This document shows positions 23,869-31,006 of a stretch of DNA of 32,000 bases, one piece after another. Each line of letters begins with the position of its first letter. Position 1 is the stretch's first letter. The stretch comes from Faecalibaculum rodentium. GTDB lineage: Bacteria > Bacillota_I > Bacilli_A > Erysipelotrichales > Erysipelotrichaceae. The notes beneath the pieces are model-generated. The model had not been told where the DNA came from. It saw only the letters and a program-made list of their open reading frames with translations, and made no database searches. The DNA lies in the NCBI RefSeq assembly GCF_001564455.1, contig NZ_CP011391.1, positions 1,980,001 to 2,012,000 on the forward strand. The letters are read 5' to 3'. Position numbers and translations under genes: made by a program.

Positions 23869-24861
23869 TTACCGGAACAGGAACCCCTCGCCGTGGGAAA
23901 TGTTCTCGATCTCATAGGGATACTTCGAGGTGTCATTGCCCAGCCCCGCAGCCCCTATGGCACCCGCCAGCTGGAAGGGAATCACGGCGGTGATCAGAGA
24001 GAAATCGTCCTCACCTGCTTCGATTTCCAGCACATGATCTGTGATCTGACGCACCAGATTCACCGTCTGCCGGTCCCGGTCCGTCTGCACGATGGCCATG
24101 AGCAGGTCATCGTCCTCAAAGGCCAGGTCCGCCAGATGACTCAGTTCCTCGGTTTCTTCCCGCATCACCGCATGCCGCAGTGTCTCCCGCATCTTCAGGG
24201 CCCCCTCCATGGCTGTGGCCCAGTGCAGACCGCTGCCGGTGACGGTGATTTTCGGCGCCCGGAGGATGTCATGCAGGTGTGCACGGACAAAGGCTTCGCT
24301 TTCCGCCACGACTTTCGGCAAGGCTGACAGTTCCTTTGTAACATCGGTGTCCAGACCCGCTGCCTGGCGGATGGCCAGGATCCACTCCAGGATCGCGGCC
24401 GTATATCCCTGGGTTTCGGGTGGAACGAGTTCCCGCTCGCAGACCAGGGGCATCCAGGCATCGCATTCCCGGACCAGCGCACTGTCTTCCTCCAGGGAAA
24501 AGGCCAGGACCGGACATCCCTGTTCCTTTGCATACCGGATGGCATTCAGGGTGGAGAGACTGTTGCCGGACTGGGAAATGCCCACGGCGAGTGTACGCGA
24601 CGGATGCAGGATGCGGCTGCCGATGAACTGCGCCGGCAGTACTGCCCTGGCCTGCATGGGCAGATGGCGTTCGGCAAGGGCTGCAGCGGCTGTACTCACA
24701 TGATGGCTGGTGCCGGATCCCAGGAGCACGATTTCTTCCATGGGATGGGTTTCGAGCATGGACTGCAGGATGGTCAGCCAGCTCTCTTTCCGGTCATACA
24801 CAGAGGACAGGATCTCAGGCTGTCGAAGAATGTAGTCATGCATGGATGGTGCTGTGGACAT
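23869..24861 (-). CDS. Double-SIS-domain sugar-phosphate isomerase/deglycase-like protein (GlmS-C / AgaS / FrlB-like)
   Basis: ORF 23869..25401 trimmed to the ATG at 24861 (AAGGAGG 8 nt upstream; MSTAPSMHDYILRQPEILSS..). SIS motifs are LLGSGTSHH and GISQSGNSLSTLNAIRYAKEQG. The upstream 180 codons of the track ORF are Arg/Pro/Gly junk. Confidence 0.8.
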   Translation of the reverse strand: MSTAPSMHDYILRQPEILSSVYDRKESWLTILQSMLETHPMEEIVLLGSGTSHHVSTAAAALAERHLPMQARAVLPAQFIGSRILHPSRTLAVGISQSGNSLSTLNAIRYAKEQGCPVLAFSLEEDSALVRECDAWMPLVCERELVPPETQGYTAAILEWILAIRQAAGLDTDVTKELSALPKVVAESEAFVRAHLHDILRAPKITVTGSGLHWATAMEGALKMRETLRHAVMREETEELSHLADLAFEDDDLLMAIVQTDRDRQTVNLVRQITDHVLEIEAGEDDFSLITAVIPFQLAGAIGAAGLGNDTSKYPYEIENISHGEGFLFR

Positions 24862-24992
24862 AAGATGGCCTCCTTTTATATCTGTACAGCCTGAACGTAT
24901 CACATCAGGGACCAAAATGATATACCATTTACGGATGTCTGTTTCTCCTTCCATGCCGGTTTTTCCCCGCCCGGGTTTGCAGGGAATTTTTA

Positions 24993-25841
24993 ATGGACTA
25001 CCATAAAGACATGACAATGAAAACCGAAACGAAACAGACCGCGTACCCGTCCGTGGATGCCATATTCCTGGACGTGGACGGCACGCTCTATGACCACGCC
25101 GCCGGCTGCATTCCGCCCCGGCACCTGGAGGCCATGAAGATCCTGCAGGAAGGAGGCACGAAAGTCTGCCTGTGTTCCGGCCGGTGCATGCCGCTACTGG
25201 AAAACCTCGGCATCCTGGACCAGTTCCCCTTTGACGGCATCGTGGCCGGCAACGGCAGCTACGTCTATGCACAAAACGGGACCCTGATCTTTGACGATCC
25301 TGTGGATCCCGAAGCGGTGAAACAGATTTACGCGCTCGCCGCCGCCCAGTCCATCCCGGTGTTCGCAGCCGGCAACCACGTGCTGGTGACGGCCATGACA
25401 CCAGCTGTCGAAGACCTGTTTGCGAAAATCAGCGTGAAGGACATTCCCGTCCGCCATCCGCGTCCGGACGACACCTTTGCGGTGCTCTCTCTCGTGGAGG
25501 AACACCGGAAGCCGCATCCCGAGTTTGCGGTCTCCGGTGTGAAGATCCTGGAAAATGAACTCTCCATGGATATGATGAAGGACGGACTCTCGAAATACGA
25601 AGGAATCCGGACACTGCTGGACCATTATGGCCTGAAGTCGTATATGGCCTTCGGGGACGCCCTGAATGACCTGGAAATGCTGCAGCATGCCAATGTGGGC
25701 GTGGCCATGGGCAATGCCCAGCCGGAACTGCTGGAGGTCATTCCCGAAACCTGTCCGCCAGTCACGGAAGCCGGGATTTACCAGTGGCTGCAGGACCACG
25801 GGTATCTGGACACAGCTGTCGCCGCTGCCGATGGTCAATGA
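24993..25841 (+). CDS. HAD-superfamily Cof-type (IIB) phosphatase
   Basis: Motif I is IFLDVDGTLYD and motif IV is FGDALNDLEMLQHANVGVAMGNA. It is transcribed divergently from the SIS-GRE operon. The start is uncertain: ATG 24993, or the downstream ATGs of MTMKTE. Confidence 0.8.
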   Translation: MDYHKDMTMKTETKQTAYPSVDAIFLDVDGTLYDHAAGCIPPRHLEAMKILQEGGTKVCLCSGRCMPLLENLGILDQFPFDGIVAGNGSYVYAQNGTLIFDDPVDPEAVKQIYALAAAQSIPVFAAGNHVLVTAMTPAVEDLFAKISVKDIPVRHPRPDDTFAVLSLVEEHRKPHPEFAVSGVKILENELSMDMMKDGLSKYEGIRTLLDHYGLKSYMAFGDALNDLEMLQHANVGVAMGNAQPELLEVIPETCPPVTEAGIYQWLQDHGYLDTAVAAADGQ

Positions 25842-26682
25842 CATGCAGGGCAGTCTGAAGCTGCAGCTGATCGAGCCGGAAACCACAGGGGATGTACAGG
25901 AGAACATTCGGCGGATGCAGAATGCCGTGAATGAGAAAGCACAGTTTGTCCTGCTGCCTGAACTGTGGAACTGTCCCTATGACAATGCCGAGATCCGCAA
26001 AGCAGCGGGATTCGGGGAAGCGTGCCGTCAGGCCATGGCAGAAGCTGCCCGGAAAAACACGGTATGGCTGGCCGGGTCGATTCCCTGGCAGGATCCGGCG
26101 GATGGCCGCATATACAACATGGCATTTGTGTTTGATGCGGATGGAGCCGAGGTCTGCCGGTATGCCAAGACCCATCTGATGGAAGTGCACACACCACACT
26201 CCCATTACTCGGAGGCGGAGGTGTTCACACCGGGTGACCGGTTTGAGACCTTTGAGACTCCCTGGGGAAAGATGGGCATCCTGGTCTGTTATGACATCCG
26301 GTTCCCGGAACCAGCCAGGATCCTGGGGGATGCGGGTATTCGGCTGCTTCTGCTGCCGGCGGCCTTCAATGAAGCTGTCGGCAGGAAACACTGGCATTCA
26401 CTGCTTTGTGCCAGGGCCATCGAGAACCAGATCTTTGTCGCGGGGTGCAATCCGGACTATGCCTGGGGGAAGTACAAGGCCTGGGGGCATTCTCTGGTGG
26501 TGTCGCCGGATGGCGTGATCCTGCAGGAAGGAAGCGGGATGGTGACGCTGGATCTGTCGGAGACAGACCGGATCCGGCAACGGATGCCCTACAGAAAGAT
26601 CAGGAGACGGGACCTGTATGACCGTACTGGCTGCACAGTCTCGTCAACCGGGACTGTGCGGCCAGACCGTCGTACAGGATGA
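25831..26682 (+). CDS. Carbon-nitrogen hydrolase (nitrilase superfamily) amidase
   Basis: ORF 25666..26682 trimmed to the ATG at 25831 (or 25843, MQGSLKLQLIEPE). Candidate Glu-Lys-Cys triad contexts are LLPELW, YAKTHL and GILVCYDIRFPE. Confidence 0.8.
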   Translation: MVNDMQGSLKLQLIEPETTGDVQENIRRMQNAVNEKAQFVLLPELWNCPYDNAEIRKAAGFGEACRQAMAEAARKNTVWLAGSIPWQDPADGRIYNMAFVFDADGAEVCRYAKTHLMEVHTPHSHYSEAEVFTPGDRFETFETPWGKMGILVCYDIRFPEPARILGDAGIRLLLLPAAFNEAVGRKHWHSLLCARAIENQIFVAGCNPDYAWGKYKAWGHSLVVSPDGVILQEGSGMVTLDLSETDRIRQRMPYRKIRRRDLYDRTGCTVSSTGTVRPDRRTG

Positions 26683-26700
26683 TGCACACTTCGTCCGGAA

Positions 26701-26724
26701 CGGCAGCGGCGTTTCCCGCTGCCG
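26701..26724 (+). other. Perfect 9-bp stem-loop between the C-N hydrolase and S58 peptidase genes (no U tract)
   Basis: CGGCAGCGG-cgtttc-CCGCTGCCG. It could be a processing or stability element rather than a terminator. Confidence 0.3.
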
Positions 26725-26818
26725 CGGAACACTGATGCATTGAGACGTGTCTGCCACCATCGGCAGGAGACGGGAAGCATGAGACACACTATATAAGGAA
26801 AAAAGAGGAGGAAATGCA

Positions 26819-27793
26819 ATGAAATCCATTCCGATTACGGATATTTCCGGGTTCCAGATCGGATATGCGGACAACGCAGCCCTGGGAACGGGATGCACGG
26901 CGATTCTGTGCAGGGCAGGAGCTGTGGCGGGCTGTGATGTCCGGGGCGGCGGTCCGGCAACACGGGATACAGACTTGCTGGCACCGAAAAACACCGTGGA
27001 GGCAATCCACGGCGTGCTGCTGTCGGGGGGATCGGCGTTCGGGCTGGAGGCCGGAACGGGTGTGATGAAATACCTGAGTGAACAGGGAATTGGCATGCCG
27101 GTGACACCGGGTGTCAGTGTCCCCATCGTGGTGCAGGCAGACATCTTCGACCTGGCGGTCGGGGATCCGGCCTGGCCGGATGTGGCCATGGGCTATGCGG
27201 CGGCGAAGGACAGCGAACACAATGTGATCCGGCACGGCAACGCCGGTGCGGGAATGGGAGCTTCAGTGGGGAAGATATTGGGTCCGGAGAAAGCCATGAA
27301 GTCCGGCATCGGCACGGCAGCGTTTGAATGCGGTCCTCTGAAGGTCGGGGCCGTTGTGGTGGTCAATGCCTGCGGGGATGTCTTCGCCATGGATTCTGAT
27401 ACCAGGCTCGCGGGTGTGCAGTCGGATCAGTCCATGGAGGAAATCATGGGGATGCTCTATGAAACCGAGGCATCCAGGGCAATGGAACAGGCACAGGATG
27501 CAGAGGCCAGCCGCAAAAACACAACCATTGGCTGTGTGCTGACCAATGGGCAGTTCACAAAGGCGCAGATGAACAAACTGGCTTCCCTGGCGCAGAACGG
27601 TCTGTCGCGGACGATCCGGCCGGTGAACATGACGCTGGATGGCGATACGCTGTTTGCGATGACCACCGGCGAGGTGCCGGCACCGCTGGACGTGGCGGGG
27701 ATGATGGCAGTCAAAGCAGTTGCCAAAGCGGTGGAAACAGCGGTCAATGAAGCTGAAACGGCGTATGGCCTGAAAGGACGCAAATCACAATGA
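26819..27793 (+). CDS. Peptidase family S58 / P1 (DmpA/BapA-like aminopeptidase, Ntn-hydrolase type)
   Basis: The RBS is AGAGGAGGAAATGCA ATG. Family blocks are ITDISGFQIGYADN, GCTAILC, VRGGGPATRDTDLL, VLLSGGSAFGLEA and the self-cleavage-type site KNTTIGCVLTNG. Confidence 0.8.
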   Translation: MKSIPITDISGFQIGYADNAALGTGCTAILCRAGAVAGCDVRGGGPATRDTDLLAPKNTVEAIHGVLLSGGSAFGLEAGTGVMKYLSEQGIGMPVTPGVSVPIVVQADIFDLAVGDPAWPDVAMGYAAAKDSEHNVIRHGNAGAGMGASVGKILGPEKAMKSGIGTAAFECGPLKVGAVVVVNACGDVFAMDSDTRLAGVQSDQSMEEIMGMLYETEASRAMEQAQDAEASRKNTTIGCVLTNGQFTKAQMNKLASLAQNGLSRTIRPVNMTLDGDTLFAMTTGEVPAPLDVAGMMAVKAVAKAVETAVNEAETAYGLKGRKSQ

Positions 27794-28191
27794 ATGCCAT
27801 TGAAGAAAAACTCAACGCACTGAAGGAAGTGTATGTGCCAGGTCTGGATGCCCGGAAGAAGGACACCTTCCCGGCCCTGGATCCTGTCAACTTTGTCTAC
27901 AAGGTGGATGTCCCCCTGCTGCCGGATCTGCTGAAGGCGGAAGACGGCCGGAGTTTCTATCCCTGTTTCACGTCGATGGCCCAGGTGCCGGAGCAGTACA
28001 AGCATTTCTTTCTGTGGGTGGCGGTTCCCTTCCGGGAATTCTGTGCCTTTGCGGTGAAGTCCACGATCTGTCATGAGATCATCATCGACCCCTTCACGTC
28101 GAGCCTGATCCTGCCGGAGAACATGGTGGTTCACTACAGCGGTCTGGAAGCCCCGGCTTCGGATGAGGCAGAGCCAAAGACGGAAGCGTGA
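27790..28191 (+). CDS. SseB-family protein (function unknown)
   Basis: 133 aa. The start overlaps the upstream stop (ATGA). An SseB-like pattern is present: ..GRSFYPCFTSMAQVPEQ.. and ..HEIIIDPFTSSLILPENMV. Confidence 0.5.
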   Translation: MNAIEEKLNALKEVYVPGLDARKKDTFPALDPVNFVYKVDVPLLPDLLKAEDGRSFYPCFTSMAQVPEQYKHFFLWVAVPFREFCAFAVKSTICHEIIIDPFTSSLILPENMVVHYSGLEAPASDEAEPKTEA

Positions 28192-28226
28192 GGATTTCCA
28201 AACAAACCCATCGTTTTACAAAATGA

Positions 28227-28256
28227 CCCGGTCCTGTGCCTGCAGGGCCGGGTTTT
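28227..28256 (+). terminator. Rho-independent terminator of the plus-strand cluster
   Basis: CCCGGTCCTG-tgcctg-CAGGGCCGGG followed by TTTT. Confidence 0.7.
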
Positions 28257-28418
28257 GCCGACTGGGTCCCGGGTTCATCCCGTCCGGCTCCATCAGAATT
28301 CGCAGGAACCGGCCGGAGCAGGAACCTGTCTGAACCGCAAAGACAGAAGGAGCACTGACTATCGTCTGCGAAGACAGCCCGATGCGGCCACTGTCTGTTC
28401 AGGCCCTCCGTGAAATCG

Positions 28419-28450
28419 AACCCCGAAGTCTTCGCAGCTTCGGGGGTTTT
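28419..28450. terminator. Hairpin terminator (orientation ambiguous)
   Basis: AACCCCGAAG-tcttcgcag-CTTCGGGGGTT followed by TTTC on the plus strand. On the minus strand it sits just after the stop at 28457. Confidence 0.5.
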
Positions 28451-28456
28451 CTGTGT

Positions 28457-29030
28457 TCACCTGCCGGAATGTCCTTTTTCCAGCGCCTGTAACATGATCC
28501 GATGGAAGGAGTCGAATCCGGCCGGCATCGTGACTGCCATCTTTTTGCTGAATCTGCCGGCGCGCAGTTCATTTGCATGACGGAGGTGGATGCGGTTGCG
28601 CAGATCGTACAGGCGGTCAAACTGCTGCCTGGTTTCCTCCGGAATGAGCCCGCGCTTCTGCAGCCGATGGACCATCTGTCTGGCCCCGCCTGGGTGATTC
28701 ATGTGCTTCAAGGGCAGTCCCGGCTGCCTGACTGTCCGGCGCACCAGGGCTTCCACGGCCGCAACAGTGTTCATCGTGATTTCCCGTGCAAGCACCACTT
28801 CTATGGAGCCGAAGAGGGCGAAGGAGGAAAACAGATACAGGAGAATGTCGCAGGCCGCCAGGTTGCAGATGAGATTGGAGACAAGATTTTGCGAAGCTTC
28901 GTCTTTTTCATGACAGAAGGCATCCACGGAATACTGCGTTCGCAGTGTCTGCACGGTGCGGATGTTGCCGGCGGAAAACGGATCGCCCGTTTCCTGAACA
29001 TGACGGATTTGTCGGGGAATGTCCTGAAAA
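28457..29030 (-). CDS. Hypothetical protein with HEPN/DUF86-like C-terminal segment; 5' end undefined, possibly truncated
   Basis: Only the C-terminal ~190 codons of ORF 28457..29368 look protein-like: ..SVDAFCHEKDEASQNLVSNLICNLAACDILLYLF.. and ..LQKRGLIPEETRQQFDRLYDLRNRIHLRH.. The latter resembles the DUF86 pattern G-[IV]-[IL]-x-EE...RN-x3-H. The N-terminal third is Pro/Gly/His/Gln junk antisense to a TrkA-C-like frame. No convincing start or RBS was found. Confidence 0.35.
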
Positions 29031-29039
29031 CCTTCAGTG

Positions 29040-29251
29040 ACTACAGCGAGGATCCCGATCTGCAGTTTTCGCTGGTGGAGCTGATGCCCGGGAGCAGCTG
29101 GCACGGGAAATCCCTGGCCGAGCTCCGGCTTCCTTCCGGAATGGCCACAGCACTGATTCTCCGGAGGAAGGAAAAGCTGATTCCTCATGGCGAAACCATC
29201 CTGCAGGCTCAGAGTACTCTGGTGTTTGTGGATTCCGGGAGTCTGCGATAA
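29040..29251 (+). pseudogene. TrkA-C (RCK C-terminal) domain fragment without an N-terminal partner
   Basis: The last ~70 codons of ORF 28502..29251 read DLQFSLVELMPGSSWHGKSLAELRLPSGMATALILRRKEKLIPHGETILQAQSTLVFVDS, a classic TrkA-C pattern. The upstream part of the same frame is not protein-like. Confidence 0.45.
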
Positions 29252-29276
29252 GCGGAAGGCCGTGCATGATCCGGAG

Positions 29277-29337
29277 AAAAAGACCGCAGAGCGCGACTGG
29301 CTGTCCATTCGACAGAACCGGCACTCTGCGGTTTTTT
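29277..29337. terminator. Bidirectional terminator with branched stem
   Basis: AAAAA-GACCGCAGAG ... CTCTGCGGT-TTTTTT, with an inner hairpin CTGTC-cattc-GACAG. It lies between the convergent 29251 (+) and 29372 (-) gene ends. Confidence 0.65.
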
Positions 29338-29371
29338 GTATCCGATGTCTGGCAGTGCAAGGCAACAACAG

Positions 29372-30802
29372 TCAGGCGTCGCTTCTGGAGAAGGCGTTCT
29401 TCATACTGTTGGACAGAGCCTTCAGAACCTCGCCCAGACACTTCTCTGCTTCATCCTTCGTCACAGCCGCCACTTTGTCGTTGACCTCCATGCACAGCTG
29501 CACGGCTTTGCCTTCATCTGCAGCGGACTGGATCTGCGGGGTGTATTCATTCAGGATCCGGCGGCACCGTCCGCCGACCGTGTTCTGGTAGCGTTCGATG
29601 AAAATCGCGCTCTCCCGGTCACAGGCATCCGCCATCGCTGCGATCATCCGGCTCGTCCAGTAGAAACTGTCCGTGGATACCGCCTCCGTTGTGTCCCGCA
29701 CATAAGCAGGTGTATCCGTAATATCGGTATAGAACGGTACCATGACATTGAAGGGATTCGAGGCATAGGCCAGCCACAGGATTGACGGTGCATCGGTCTT
29801 GACCTGGCAGCATCCCAGGTAATCCGTGCGGTTGATGCCGATGGTCCGGAAAGCCCCGGCCATGGATGTATCCCCATGATGCAGATAGGGATCAAAGGGC
29901 GTTCCCTGGTAGTGCCCGGACAGGATGTATTTGACGTCCTCCACTGTGATCTTTTTCTCCGGCACCAGGCACCAGGGCAGGTCATTGCTGTCGGGGGTGA
30001 AATCGGCCTCCGGTCCGGTCCAGGCAAAGGAATTCGGATTCAGTTGCTTCAAGGCCCACCACGCACGGGGTGTGTTGTAGGTATGATCCGAATCATCGTG
30101 GCTTCCGAAAGCATCCCGGGGATTGAAGGGTTCCTCCGGATCCATCCGCAGGTCCAGACTGTTGTCCTTCACGAATGTCTCCAGGTCCGCAGAGCCGATG
30201 AAGTTTTCCGGATCGCTGAAATCGAAGAAGTCGAGCCCCAGCTGGTTGGGGATCACGGAATAGGCATCATCCGGCAGGCGCCGGGCCATCCAGTGGTGTC
30301 CGCCAATGGTTTCCAGCCACCAGACGTCTTTGCCGTCGCAGAAGCCGATGCCGTTCATTTCATAGGTCCCATACTGCTCCAGCAGGGATCCCAGACGCAG
30401 GCAGCCTTCCTTTGCGGTTCTGACATACGGCAGGACGATGGTCACAAGATCCTCCTCGCCGATGCCGCCTTTCACCAGCGGATCGGCTCCCTGGACCCGT
30501 GGATTGGAGGTGATGGTCTCCGTGGCAGTCATCGCCACGTTCGCTGCATTGATCCCAGCCGAAGCCCATTCCCCTTCATCCTTCATGGCGTTGGGAACAC
30601 AGGCATAGGGCATGGGATCATCCGGAAGTTCGATGGTGACTTTGGAAATCACCGAGGTATAGCTCCGGGGCTGGTCCTGGGGAAGGACCGCCACGAATTT
30701 CTTCGGGGTATAGCTTCCGGCTCCGGAGTCGGAGTTGCGGGCAATCAGGGTGCTTCCGTCGGCAGAAGCGAGTTTTCCGACCAGCAGTGTGGTACAGGGC
30801 AT
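29372..30802 (-). CDS. C69-family dipeptidase (PepD/dipeptidase A-like), copy 1
   Basis: ORF 29372..30883 trimmed to the ATG at 30802 (AAGGAGG 8 nt upstream). The N-terminus MPCTTLLVGKLASADGSTLIARNSD places the N-terminal nucleophile Cys at position 3. Further blocks are WWLETIGGHHWMARRLPDD and GINRT. Confidence 0.85.
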   Translation of the reverse strand: MPCTTLLVGKLASADGSTLIARNSDSGAGSYTPKKFVAVLPQDQPRSYTSVISKVTIELPDDPMPYACVPNAMKDEGEWASAGINAANVAMTATETITSNPRVQGADPLVKGGIGEEDLVTIVLPYVRTAKEGCLRLGSLLEQYGTYEMNGIGFCDGKDVWWLETIGGHHWMARRLPDDAYSVIPNQLGLDFFDFSDPENFIGSADLETFVKDNSLDLRMDPEEPFNPRDAFGSHDDSDHTYNTPRAWWALKQLNPNSFAWTGPEADFTPDSNDLPWCLVPEKKITVEDVKYILSGHYQGTPFDPYLHHGDTSMAGAFRTIGINRTDYLGCCQVKTDAPSILWLAYASNPFNVMVPFYTDITDTPAYVRDTTEAVSTDSFYWTSRMIAAMADACDRESAIFIERYQNTVGGRCRRILNEYTPQIQSAADEGKAVQLCMEVNDKVAAVTKDEAEKCLGEVLKALSNSMKNAFSRSDA

Positions 30803-30974
30803 AGTGATACCTCCTTGGCACACAGTGACAGATCCAGGGCACGCCGGGTCCGGCCACTGCTGTCGCTGATTTGAGAGTAGCACAATCCCGGTTCAATGGA
30901 ATCAGGCAGACAAGGACTCCATGTCCGGCTTTGTCTGTCTGCCCTGCACCTGGAGCCGGCCATCTGTCCATCAC

Positions 30975-31000
30975 GCAAAATGCCGGCAGCAGCCGGCATT
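30975..31000 (-). terminator. Rho-independent terminator between the two C69 genes
   Basis: Minus strand: AATGCCGGC-tgct-GCCGGCATT followed by TTGCG, 7 nt after the stop at 31007. Confidence 0.6.
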
Positions 31001-31006
31001 CAGTCT

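Noticed and set aside
23869-25401. The 510-aa version of the SIS protein, and similar N-terminal over-extensions at 14058..16790, 12980..14110, 29372..30883, 19465..20247 and 25666..26682.
   Set aside because: - The extensions are Arg/Pro/Gly-rich, overlap neighbouring genes or promoters, and lack RBSs.
- Internal ATGs with AAGGAGG-type RBSs coincide with the family N-termini.
28266-28294. tRNA 3'-end-like string tcccGGGTTCATCCCGTCCGGCTCCAtca (T-arm plus acceptor look-alike), considered as a relic att site.
   Set aside because: - The T-loop would be only 5 nt.
- The stem has a mismatch.
- The end is TCA rather than CCA.
- No complementary 5' acceptor strand or cloverleaf lies upstream.
- The evidence is too weak to call.
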